From the NCBI GenBank assembly GCA_000708835.1, contig DF237545.1, positions 1 to 43,540 of the forward strand: a stretch of 43,540 bases of DNA, written 5' to 3'. This stretch comes from Klebsormidium nitens. Lineage: Eukaryota > Plantae > Klebsormidiophyceae. A model generated the notes under the pieces. It worked only from the letters and a program-made list of their open reading frames with translations. It was not told where the DNA came from and did not search any database. The first letter of the stretch is position 1. Every line of letters starts with the position of its first letter. Of this stretch, positions 11,093 to 21,869 are shown piece after piece. The position numbers were made by a program, and so were the translations under genes.

Positions 11093-11797
11093 NNNNNNNN
11101 NNNNNNNNNNNNNNNNNNNNNNNNNNNNNNNNNNNNNNNNNNNNNNNNNNNNNNNNNNNNNNNNNNNNNNNNNNNNNNNNNNNNNNNNNNNNNNNNNNNN
11201 NNNNNNNNNNNNNNNNNNNNNNNNNNNNNNNNNNNNNNNNNNNNNNNNNNNNNNNNNNNNNNNNNNNNNNNNNNNNNNNNNNNNNNNNNNNNNNNNNNNN
11301 NNNNNNNNNNNNNNNNNNNNNNNNNNNNNNNNNNNNNNNNNNNNNNNNNNNNNNNNNNNNNNNNNNNNNNNNNNNNNNNNNNNNNNNNNNNNNNNNNNNN
11401 NNNNNNNNNNNNNNNNNNNNNNNNNNNNNNNNNNNNNNNNNNNNNNNNNNNNNNNNNNNNNNNNNNNNNNNNNNNNNNNNNNNNNNNNNNNNNNNNNNNN
11501 NNNNNNNNNNNNNNNNNNNNNNNNNNNNNNNNNNNNNNNNNNNNNNNNNNNNNNNNNNNNNNNNNNNNNNNNNNNNNNNNNNNNNNNNNNNNNNNNNNNN
11601 NNNNNNNNNNNNNNNNNNNNNNNNNNNNNNNNNNNNNNNNNNNNNNNNNNNNNNNNNNNNNNNNNNNNNNNNNNNNNNNNNNNNNNNNNNNNNNNNNNNN
11701 NNNNNNNNNNNNNNNNNNNNNNNNNNNNNNNNNNNNNNNNNNNNNNNNNNNNNNNNNNNNNNNNNNNNNNNNNNNNNNNNNNNNNNNNNNNNNNNNG
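11093..11797. other. assembly gap inside the primase-helicase gene
   Basis: Run of N. Confidence 1.
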
Positions 11798-12042
11798 AGC
11801 GGAGGACCCCTCATTCACACTGCGCCCATTGCTTCTCTTCCCTCCGTCGTTACCGACCCGTCATGTCAACTCTCTCAGATCTCGTGCTTTTCGACCTACG
11901 TCGCATTCGTACGCCTCTCATGCACGACTCGCTTTTCCCCTCCTTGGACCCCGTGCCCCTGCGTGATGAGGTCGTGTACTCTTACAGGTCTGAAAGGTGT
12001 GCGGGTCGCGGTATGCGAAGAGGCGAGCAACTCGGACACTCT

Positions 12043-12070
12043 GAACTCGAACTCGAACTCGAACTCGAAC
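12043..12070 (+). repeat. (GAACTC)4 microsatellite at the helicase frameshift
   Basis: gaactcgaactcgaactcgaactcgaacactcaag. The helicase frame changes at its 3' end. Confidence 0.9.
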
Positions 12071-12185
12071 ACTCAAGAAGCTGGTGGGGACGGAGGTCAT
12101 CACGAGCAGAGAACTGTACAAGGCATTCGTCACATTCGAGACGACCCAGCTGGTGAGATGACCTGACTAGATTGGAATTGGTGAC

Positions 12186-12390
12186 GTGCCACGCGTCACC
12201 GTCTGATTGGTGGGACAGACGAAATGACTGGGACGACCTTCGGGATGCCGGCCAGATTCTGGAAAGGATCCCATACCACCCAAGGCGGCATGACTTTTAC
12301 CGTTCCAGGATTCGAATGTGCTGTCCACGCTGACCACCCTGTCCCCCACTCTGATCGAAAATCGGTACCAGGCCGTGCCAGTCGTCTCGG
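12186..12390 (+). mobile_element. family-1 element, internally deleted copy I, inside the D5 helicase intron
   Basis: GCCACGCGTCACCGTCTGATTGGTGGGACAG...TGCTGTCCACGCTGACCACCCTGTCCCC...GGTACCAGGCCGTGCCAGTCGTC matches the ends and right arm of copies G and H. Confidence 0.75.
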
Positions 12391-13378
12391 AAACACCCTC
12401 GCCTACCCCTGCAGCACATACTCTGCACGAACGAACTTCCCGCACCCGAGAGCAGCTGGACGATCGCCCTGCAGCGACGGATCACGATGGCCTACTTCAT
12501 GAAGAGGTACTTCGCCTCAATCGAGGATGGCTACGACCCAGACAACCCACTGCACGGCAGGGCTGATCCCACGCTGATGACGAAGTTGTCCGACTTCGTC
12601 AACCAAGCGGCGTGCTTGGTCTTCCTGGTTCAAGGGGCTGTCAGCTACTTCCGAGACGGTCAAAAGCTGCTGGAGATGCCATCCAGGAGCCGCGATATCA
12701 TGAACAGCTACCAACTCTCGACGGACCCATTCTTAGCCTTCCTTGACAACAGCTGTGTTGTCGGAGACTACTTCGTGGGATCCAGGGAGCTCCTGGACGA
12801 GTACAACAACGGAAACAGGAAGGTCGATGGCAAAGAGGTTGGACGCCTCGTCAAAATTGATGCTAGCCAGCTGAAGCGTATGATGCAACTAAGGGGTTTT
12901 GAGGAGCCTAACAAGGCGCGGACCCTCGGATTCTCGGAGTTTGGCGCGACCAGAGGTTACAAAGGTCTCAGGCTCAAGACCGATGTCGAGTTAGAGAACG
13001 ATGCAGAATAGTTAGAGATGCATTGTGGGCATTTGGTGTGATTATGTACATTAGTCGTTCAATTGTGTAGAGTATCGAGATCGACATACAAGGTTTAAGA
13101 TCGTACTTTTAGCTGAGCGGTTGTAGGAGCTAGCTGAGTACTTGGGCAAAGCGGCACATTCGATTGTTCTCTCTTGTACATTGTACATATCGTTATTGAT
13201 GTTTCGTTCACCCTTATTAAGCAACACAGCGCACAACATCGCTCGTGATGACCGCAGCAAATAATAAGCGTCCAAATGGCGCTACTAGGACATGACGCAA
13301 AAAAACAAAATGGGTCTAGGCGATTCCTTGGTTTTAAGGTTTTAGGGTCATGTCTATCTGTAAACCTTGACGTATTTA

Positions 13379-14749
13379 CTAGCTCCGTTTCCGCTTTCGT
13401 CCTACCGAACCACCTCCAGCATCGCTCTTCCATTCGAACCCGTCATAGAACATCTGCTCCACAGTCAGTTCGCGATCGGGCACGTGCGCGAGATGATAAC
13501 GCAGACGCTCGATGTGTGCGCTCATGCGGGCCTCCCACATAGATTGGTCCCGGATCACTGGCACTCCGATCTTGTTGTGCTTGAAGCAGCTTGGGTATCT
13601 GGTCCCGTCCGCAGATGTGAACCCGTCTGGATTGAACCGGAGCTGCACCTGGGGGCGGTTGCCCGCATCCTGGAAGAGCTCCATCAGCCTCTTGTTCTCA
13701 CACGTAGTGCTCCGGTGCTGATCTTCGTCGTTCTCACAGTGCACCGTATGAGTATACAAGTCCACGAAGATGTCGGGCCTCCTCCCCGAACAGCCCCCTT
13801 GGATCCGCTTGTCGAAGGTGATACCCGCATCCTCTGAAAGGACGCCTGCCGCCTCGATGTAATCAGTAAAGTGCTGCTCCTTGACCTTGTAGTTGCGAGA
13901 CACCTTCTCGCCTGGGAACAAGTGCACGAAACACCGCAGACAGTGTCCTTTGTAGCGCTCATGAACGGCCCTCGTACCGCACCCGTTAACGCACTTCAAG
14001 CTGTGTATGTCCAGCATATCATCGGACTTGCATTTGCAACAATGTGTAGCCTTGCCGCCCTCCAGGCCGAACGTAGGCTGCGACCTTCCACAGACGCACT
14101 TGGGGCTTTTTACGTCCACCATATCTTCAGACTTGCATTTGCTGCAGTGACTAGCCCTGCCGCCTTTGAGTCCGAAGTTCGGCTGCGAATTCCCACAGGT
14201 GCACCTCGCTGCCCTGACATCCGCCATGTCGACAGACCTGCAATTGTTGCAGTGAGTGGCTCTGCCGCCTGCAAGTCCAAACGAAGGCCTCGTCCCACAG
14301 GCGCACCTCGGGTGCCTAACGTCCACCATATCGTGGGACTTGCATTTGCTGCAGTGGGTGGCTCTTCCCCCTTCAAGTCCAAAGCTAGGCCGCCCCCTCC
14401 CACAGGCGCACATCGGGTCTCTTACATTCAGCATATGGTGGGACTTGCATTTGCTGCAGTGGGTCGCCTTGCCCCCTTCGAGTCCGAAACTAGGCCGCCC
14501 TTTCCCACAGGCGCATTTTGAGTGTCTTGCGTCGAGCATATCGTCGGACTTGCATTCGCTGCAATGGGTGGCCCTTCTCCCTTCGACTCCGAACGTAGGT
14601 TGCCTCCTCCCACAGGCGCACTTCGGATTCTGTACGTCCACCATACTGTTGGACTTGCATTTGCTACAGTGAGTCGCCTTGCCGCCCTTGGATCCAAAAG
14701 TAGATCGCGCCCTACCACAGGCACACTTCTGGCCGACTACTTTCACCAT
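13379..14749 (-). CDS. Cys-rich repeat (EsV-1-7-like) protein with a C-terminal restriction-like (PD-(D/E)xK/Vsr-type) endonuclease, NCLDV type
   Basis: Intact, intronless 456-aa ORF with seven ~35-aa repeats CxCGxxxPxFGLEGGxATHCSKCKSxxMxDV. These are followed by KVKEQ...FDKRIQGGCSGRRPDIFVD...CENDEDQH...CENKRLMELFQD...LRFNPD, a pattern I recognise from giant-virus endonucleases. Confidence 0.8.
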   Translation of the reverse strand: MVKVVGQKCACGRARSTFGSKGGKATHCSKCKSNSMVDVQNPKCACGRRQPTFGVEGRRATHCSECKSDDMLDARHSKCACGKGRPSFGLEGGKATHCSKCKSHHMLNVRDPMCACGRGRPSFGLEGGRATHCSKCKSHDMVDVRHPRCACGTRPSFGLAGGRATHCNNCRSVDMADVRAARCTCGNSQPNFGLKGGRASHCSKCKSEDMVDVKSPKCVCGRSQPTFGLEGGKATHCCKCKSDDMLDIHSLKCVNGCGTRAVHERYKGHCLRCFVHLFPGEKVSRNYKVKEQHFTDYIEAAGVLSEDAGITFDKRIQGGCSGRRPDIFVDLYTHTVHCENDEDQHRSTTCENKRLMELFQDAGNRPQVQLRFNPDGFTSADGTRYPSCFKHNKIGVPVIRDQSMWEARMSAHIERLRYHLAHVPDRELTVEQMFYDGFEWKSDAGGGSVGRKRKRS

Positions 14750-14914
14750 TTTTGTAGATGGAAAGCTCTGAATGGGTTGTCGCCCTGCTTATCTTTCTAT
14801 GTTTTAAGTGCCCCCCCTTTGCTTTCTTAAGCCACACGACGATTTCAAAAGGGACGGCAAAGTCCCTGGCCTGGCTCCATTGGTCCTTGGAAAGAAATAT
14901 CTCCAGAGTTCGGA

Positions 14915-17900
14915 ATGGTCGATGCTAGGCGTACATCGGGTCTTTTCATTTCCTTACAACGCAATGTGCGCGCGCAGTGCGCGTCTGCATATGTAAACTT
15001 CAGAAAGATTAAGCACCCTGGACGACTCAGCATCTGGCTCTTGGGAGCGGGCAAGTCGAGAGAGCTATTCCATGGCCTCCTGCCCCGCCTCGCCCCCGAA
15101 GCCTCCGTCTGTCTGATCGCTCCGAACATCGCACTGGCGCGGAAGTACCACGAAGAGACCAAGAGGAAGGGCCTGGACTACGTCTGCTACCTCGACGAGC
15201 CTGGGGGGAAGATCAGCGCACGGCGGGTGGTGGTCTGTGTCAACTCCTTACCGAGAGTGCTGCCGCGCTTCGACATGGTGGTCATGGACGAGGTCAACTT
15301 CACGCTGACCAACATGGCGTCCACAGTTATGAAAGACAAGAAGCAGGTAAGAATGAGGTCGGAGGGTCGGACATGTCTCGGGCCCACCCATGACAAGGCA
15401 TTCGGTACCTTGGTCTTCGAGTGCCCGGCGATCATACTCTGTCGAAAAACGAGCTCTCTTTCGCTTGCAAGGTTTTCATGGCCCTGGAAGGGGTCGTGGC
15501 GGGCGCTAAGGCAGCGTTCCTGTGTGATGCCCACCTCAACTGCCCCCGTGTGGTGGAGTGGATCTAGGCCCTGCGGCACACAAGCCGCTTCTACACCATC
15601 CGGAACCGTGGCGTCTGGCCCTCGTCGCGAAAGGCCTTCATATTGCCGATGCCCGGGCCGTTGGTGGGAAGAGGGCAGCCAAAAGCCACATACTCTCTCG
15701 TGGTCGATGGTATCGTGGACCTCGTCGCAAGCGGGAAGACGGTCATGGTGAGAGAGCTGTCAGAAATTCGCACATTCCCACATGACCTGCCACGGGGCCA
15801 CCTCTTCCCCATCTTGAGCACACAGGGCCACAGGCCACAGAAAAAATAGCTTCCGAGATACAAGAAGGTTATAAATTTAGGAGAGTTTTTTTTCTTGACT
15901 CGTTTCGCTAGTCAGACCTTCGCACACCACCACCACGACGTGCCACGTGGCCACCTGAGCACCCAGGGCCACGGCCACAGAAAAAAAAGCTTCCGAGATA
16001 CAAGAAGGTTATAGATGATTTAGGAGAGTTATTTTTTCTTGACTCGTTTTGCTAGTCAGATCTTCGCACACAAAAACGACCTGCCACGTGGCCATCTCTT
16101 CTCCATCTTGAGCACCCAGGGCCACGGGCCACAGAAAAAATAGCTTCCGAGATACAAGAAGGTTATAAATTTAGGAGAGTTATTTTTTCTTGACTCGTTT
16201 TTGCTAGTCAGACCTTTGCACACCACCACCACGACGTGCCACGTGGCCACTTGAGCACCCAGGGCCACGGGCCACAGAAAAAAAAGCTTCCGAGATACAA
16301 GAATGTTATAGATTTAGGAGAGTTTTTTTTTTCTTGACTCGGTTTTGCTAGTGAGCTTTGCCAGCTGGTTGGTGTGTGCTGCACGTTAAGGATGGTTGTC
16401 AGATGACGAAGCTTTTCGAGCGACGCAGATACCCGCCACGAGTAAGACGTTCGTGGAGCTCCTGGAGGTGGAGTTCAAGGCCCGACTCCCGGGGAAGAAT
16501 CTCATCGCCTTCCACGGAGCTAAGAGAGAGGGGGCCGACAAGAGACTGCTGCAGCATGCGATTTCCAACCCGAACGATGCGCTTATCGCCGATTGCCTCG
16601 CATTCACGCCCACCATAGGCCCCGGTGTTTCTATCGAGAAGAAGGGGAGCTACGATTTGGTAATCGGGGTGGCGGTCAACTCCGACAACCACCCCGACGC
16701 CCAGGTGCTGATGCAGCAGATTCAGAGAGCTCGCGATGCCGGCGACATCCGGATTTACTACGGCGAGATCCAGAGCCGTCGGAAGGTCGCCTACCCTACC
16801 ACCAAGGAAGAGGTGTTCCAGATGCTAGAGAACAGCGATCTGCAGCTCGCAGACTTGATGCAAGGGGTCTCCGTGGACCATCTGGACATGCTGCGGGCTG
16901 CCCCCGGAGAGCGTGCTATCTATGACAGGAGCTCTGCAACGTGCAATCTGTACGCCAACAACCTGCTGGGCCGTCTACAGAGCCGGCAGTACTACATTCA
17001 TCTCTTGACAGAAGACCTTCGGCGACAGGGGGTGACTGTGGTCAACCAGTTGAACGTTCGAACATGGGGAGGGGATGCAGAAGTTGAGCTGGTGGCGAAA
17101 GAGGAGCTCGTCGACGAAACGATCGAGCAGTGGCGCGAGAGACACCTCGTCTCGTGGGAGCAATTTGAGCGGATAAGGGGAATGATGAGCTCTCCGTCCG
17201 GGGGCGTAAGCAGACAGGACGTCCTGAGGTATGAGATATTCGATGCAGCCGTTTTCTGCTACGGGATTCAGTATGAAAAGGTCGACCCCGAGTTCGTGGC
17301 TGAGTTCGTCCAGGGAAAGCACGCGAAGGACCTCATGACGAAATTCAAGAGCTACGAGAGGTAAGACTCCGTCCTCCCTCTGTGCACTTTCTGGTTTCTC
17401 CGGGGCTTTCTCGGCATGGTTTTACAACCTCTCGCGCTTGCATCGCATCTTTGAATTTCTGCGTGTGTGCAATGTACTATGAGGCAGAAGTCAGACTGAT
17501 GATGACGAGGGTTTGTCTTACAGGTTCGTGACTTCAACGTATGCCTCTACCATCGGGACCCTCAGCGCGGCTATCGAGGAGGGGGAGCAGAAGCGGAACA
17601 TCCAAGAGTACCTTGAAGTCAGGGATAGGTCGGCAAACGGGATCACGTATGCCTGGTGCGTGTTGGCAGCCTTAGTGGGTATACCTGCTGAGAAGGTTGA
17701 GAACACGGTGTTCGGGAGCTACAAGATTGTGGATGGACGGTTGGGGGAGGAGATGCTGTCCGCGGTCTTTGACATGGACGACTTTAACATGTCTGCTTCG
17801 CTCGAAACCCTCGAGAGGTTATTCAAGCCGCGGACGTCGTTCGCTGGGAAGGAACTGACGATCACACGGAGGAGGAACGTGATCAAGATGGTCTTGGAGG

Positions 17901-18073
17901 GAGGCTTAGGTCTGACGATACGGTTGGCACACTTTTCAAACGGGTGTCGTCGGGGATTTCACCGGATAGTCCCCATACAGAAGTGGAGGGCCCTGGATGA
18001 ACGGTACGGAGGGCTGAAGGACAAACTGGTCGAGAAAAAGAGCAAGCCTTGTCTCGTGGAAATCGATGAGTAG
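14915..18073 (+). pseudogene. UL9/origin-binding-protein-like SF2 helicase, 4 exons, one in-frame stop
   Basis: Exon 1 (to 15346): LGAGKS (Walker A), VVCVNSL, VVMDEV (Walker B). Intron 15347-15471. Exon 2 (15472-15747): FLCDAHL, with TAG at 15565. Intron 15748-16428. Exon 3 (16429-17360): FTPTIGPGVSI...QQIQRAR. Intron 17361-17523. Exon 4 runs to 18073. All junctions are GT-AG and keep the frame. Confidence 0.8.
15790..16355 (+). repeat. family-2 tandem repeat, 4 units of 140-154 bp with GCCACGTGGC palindromes, inside helicase intron 2
   Basis: The unit anchor GGCCACAGAAAAAA...GCTTCCGAGATACAAGAA occurs at 15833, 15973, 16127 and 16270. Units 1/3 and 2/4 share diagnostic variants. Confidence 0.95.
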
Positions 18074-18601
18074 ACGGGTCGATGATAGACGGGGCGACAT
18101 GCAGGATGATCATACGTAGTTGATATGAATTTTAATGAGGGAAGTGTGTACATATGTTATCTTCTGCGAGGTCAAGTGTACATGAATCGGTCACCAGCGG
18201 CGAGGGGAGCTCTCCCACCCGCTGATGGATAGAAGGAAGTGCAAGTTGAGCTGTATCATATATGTAGACGAGTGACTGGACGGCCGATGATGTGACCGAG
18301 GCTGCCAATTCATGCAAGATTGTTGCTTGACGGGTATTCGGCGTATTGATGAAAAATGCATGACCACAACGTAAATTCCCGACACGAAGGTGGGTGCTTG
18401 ATGTTAAGTACTGTGGGAACGGTCCTCAGCACTTGAGTGCGCTCATTTTCCACCGGAGTTGACGACTCTCTATCATTTTGTTGGGCTCGGCCGACAAAGT
18501 AAAAGTGCGTCCTCCATGCGGAGCTCAATGTCGTTGCCAAAGCAGTTTGGGCGTCTCAATGCACGGTGCGACGTGCCTTGAAATCACTATTCTAAATCTG
18601 A

Positions 18602-18626
18602 TTAAATCACTGATTTAGTGATTTAA
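18602..18626. other. AT-rich perfect hairpin TTAAATCACT-GATTT-AGTGATTTAA
   Basis: 10-bp perfect inverted repeat with a 5-nt loop, among further AAATCA copies from 18581. Confidence 0.7.
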
Positions 18627-19429
18627 ACTAATCATGATCATCCCATTAGGGGGCCCGGAAACTGTGCATCATACGGATGGGTGTAGGTGCTATACGTGAG
18701 CAGAAGAATGGTGCTTGCCCAAAAATCGTGTTGAGGATCAAGCATTGTTCTCTTGGTAGAATCTACATCGAAGCACAGATCTTGTTGGGCCGGGAATTTG
18801 TGAGGGACATGGGGGTCCCAGTATTGTGTGAGGAGGAAGAACATCAGACAATCTGACCAGTCTCTCCCCGGGATAGAGTGCAAGGGTGCAACTCAGATGA
18901 CGCTCGCGTGAGCAAATGAAGTCAGACTTCTCGCCTCTCCGACTATTAAGGCTTGAAAACGGTTTCTTATTGCATTGCGTTCTGGGAATTGTTCAAACGA
19001 AACCAAATACTCCTTCTTTGTATTTTCACTTTCTTGTTGACAGCTGAGCTGGGGTTATATGCCTTGAATGTTCAAGCAACTTTGTGATGTCTAGTACTAC
19101 AAATAGTATCTTAGGCCGAGGCACAATCCTTGAGACATTACCCTAAGCAAAGCACTGTTACAGTGTGATATGACAGTCTGTGCACTGTAGATTCCAACAT
19201 TGTTATGAAGTAATGTGAAGAAGGAGAGTTGATGGAACTTGCACATCAAGCTTGCTGGGCACATCAGGACGACAATATCAAGTTCCACATGTGTCTGCTT
19301 TCATGCGTCTATATTCTGTCATTTGTATCATTCATGACATTTCCTTCTGCTTTTCAGAGTTGTTAGTCTGTGTCCTGTGCGTGTAATGTCATCATAGTAT
19401 TGTTTCCTTAGCACCCCAAAGCAGAACCT

Positions 19430-20065
19430 TCAAACCTCAAGATTGCTTCTGATGGGATCTGTACCATCAATCTGATCAATTATCCAAGTAGAGAATGAAT
19501 GCATTAGCTCTCGATCTGGATTGCCTGTCAGCCAGTACTTTGCTACAATACCCATAAGATACTTGCATGTGAAGTGAGGACCTCTCATAGCTCCCTCCCG
19601 TCCTCTGGTTGCTTCTTTGAAGACGATATCCAAGGGAATGATGAGCTGATAATAAATGCGAGCCCGAACCAACCATACCCCTTGATTACTTCTCCAGAAT
19701 TCCGCTCCAAGATTCAGATTTTTGATTCTCTCCCAAAACAATTTTAGATGCTCTCTATTTGAAGCCACCTCCCTTATTTGTGCTTTATCAATCTCACTTT
19801 TTGATATATGCATGTTGCGATACTTTTCCATAACTTTGACCATGTCTTTGACTGTTCCTTGGCCGAAATTTACTTGCGCACCTTGATCCACTGCAAATCT
19901 TGCCAGATCGCCTGCCGCAGGGCTACATTTGCTATAACTGTCCATTATGTCTGACATCAGCTCCTTTCTTTCTTTCTTCCTGCTGAAATAGAATGAAATA
20001 GCAAATAATGTGACGGTCAGGATTGCGTTGCAAATCCCCAGCAGCAATGCTGCAGACCAGGCCAT
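19430..20065 (-). CDS. hypothetical protein with one N-terminal hydrophobic/TM segment
   Basis: About 211-aa open frame from the ATG at 20065. MAWSAALLLGICNAILTVTLFAISFYF is followed by SRKKERKE. No family recognised. Confidence 0.5.
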   Translation of the reverse strand: MAWSAALLLGICNAILTVTLFAISFYFSRKKERKELMSDIMDSYSKCSPAAGDLARFAVDQGAQVNFGQGTVKDMVKVMEKYRNMHISKSEIDKAQIREVASNREHLKLFWERIKNLNLGAEFWRSNQGVWLVRARIYYQLIIPLDIVFKEATRGREGAMRGPHFTCKYLMGIVAKYWLTGNPDRELMHSFSTWIIDQIDGTDPIRSNLEV

Positions 20066-21637
20066 GCTGCCTACAATGAGACAGCCGCAACGTATCAAAA
20101 CTACTCCTCTTTACGCCCGGTGTGCCTACTTCGCCAAGTTTTGTGCACTCGGTGGATACAAGATGGGAAGCTTCCGGCCTCAAATGAGCCCCACCCTTTG
20201 AATTCTAAACCCCCACCCACGCGCACTCGCGCCGAGTTATCAAAGCAGCACCATGCGCGCACCGGATTCCGCCGCACGTCCGGCGAAAGCGAATAAGTGA
20301 GGCAAGTCCACATAGCATTCGCTGCCACAATTTAAGCCGCACTCCCAGAACAGCTAGGGGGAACAAAATACTTGTCTAATATACCCGTCTTCTACTCGAG
20401 GCAGCTGCTTTGATCTCCACCAATGGCGATGGAACTTCAGGATATAATTCTCTTAAATGCAGGAGTCGATCTCTATGATGCAACTTCACTCAGAAGACAA
20501 TATAAGCTGCCAAGGCGTCGTGGCCTTACGTGCTCTCCTGTAAATGCCGATTCCATCTGCTCCTTTGTAGTTTCTTGACACATTATGTAGTTTCTGGACA
20601 CTTTCTAAGCATCATTCAGAGCCAATTTAACATGTCATTCTGCATTCATGGCTCTAGCGTAAAGAACCACATTTATGCGTTACGAACAATCAACCTGGCA
20701 GGCTGCCCTGATGCTCACTATGGGTCACTCTTCTGCCTGTCCACCTGTCAACATCAGCTCACGTGTATCTAGCAGGGCGCCATAAAAATGCTTCTGATGT
20801 AACACATTTGATGCTACCAAAACCAACCAGCGCCATTGGTAGCCTCAGGTGACGTCCCCCTCCCATTTCTTTTGGCAACTCTGTCATCTCCCCAATACAA
20901 AACCAAAACAAGAGTTGAGAGAGTATGTCTCACGCGTTTCGGGAAACCTGAGGACGTGTGATAACGCCATCATCCTTTTATACCCACCTTACAGTCTTGG
21001 TTCTGTCGACATTACATACGAAAAAGTAGTGGCAGCCAATTTCAAGCTCGCTGATATTTAGGTCATATAATCTAGAAGCACCTGATTGGAGCTCTTGCCC
21101 CCAGTGTTTTCACATATCCTGAAACCCGTTTCGCCAGGTGCCCGTGTCCGACAGAGCCTCCGCTGGCACCCCATCTTCAGGCGCGCGCGACGGCAGCGGC
21201 ACTGCTGTTGGACCTTGAAGCTGCAGCACCCGAAAGAGGCACTGTTCGCAGGTAGGGTCTACAATAGCTCGAACTAATGAGCGAGATCGCAAACAAGAAC
21301 GTGCGACACCGTCCATCCCGATTCGCTATCCCTCCATGCCGCCCGGGATTCGGGCCGCCTCCGAGAACGACACGGAACAATTTCGCTTCCGAGTTCTATG
21401 AAAGTGTATATACTAGAGTTTGTTTTTTTCCCGCTGGTCGATTCGCGTATGAGAGCTAGGCGGGGGCAAGCAGCCGCTGATCTCGTGACACGTGTCCCCA
21501 CAGACCGCCTGGAATCTCCGGGTATGCTCCCGTCCTGCCACGTGTATCGCTTTCATCGGTCGCCCTCCCTTCAGAGTCGGGCCTCCGACGGCGCTCCATC
21601 TTCTGACGACCCGGGCGACAGCATCGAGCTCAACATT

Positions 21638-21664
21638 CAATAACAATAACAATAACAATAACAA
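21638..21664 (+). repeat. (CAATAA)n microsatellite
   Basis: caataacaataacaataacaataacaa, just upstream of a TTCAG acceptor. Confidence 0.9.
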
Positions 21665-21869
21665 ATTCAGGAGGAGCGGTCCAGCGAGAGCCAGACCAGC
21701 GGCTCTCTGGCAGACCTCAGAGACGATGTCGGCACCCCCCGGGAAGGTGCGGCGTTCTACCCGGCCATCGACAACGAGCATGCAGCAGCACTGGAAGATC
21801 ACAATCTGCAACAGGTCGGCATCTATATTCCTTCTGCAGACCGTTGTTCCAACCTCCGCATGCGGGCCA

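Larger units (their letters stand above)
10841..13011 (+). pseudogene. bifunctional Prim-Pol domain + D5/P4-type SF3 primase-helicase, intron-containing and frameshifted
   Basis: Prim-Pol part: MSQKALALRYKACGYPVF...KKVLRMPDRWQ...AILINTTTCDLVALDADV, with a frameshift near 11065 into LDMMGACPL. After the gap, exon 11988-12152 encodes GLKGVRVAVCEE (Walker B), then after a frameshift LKKLVGTEVITSRELYKAFVTFETTQL. A GT-AG intron at 12153-12414 joins in frame to HILCTNELP...ALQRRITMAYF (motif C/Arg finger)...ADPTLMTKL...YQLSTDPFLAFL, typical of D5 C-termini. Walker A is presumably in the gap. Confidence 0.8.

Noticed and set aside
13871-14672. Plus-strand and alternative-frame ORFs with periodic sequence
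   Set aside because: They are shadows of the 105-bp coding repeats of the minus-strand endonuclease gene.
20420-21061. Possible plus-strand exons (MAMELQDIILL..., about 20849-21061)
   Set aside because: Short frames with no recognisable domain and uncertain splice pairing.
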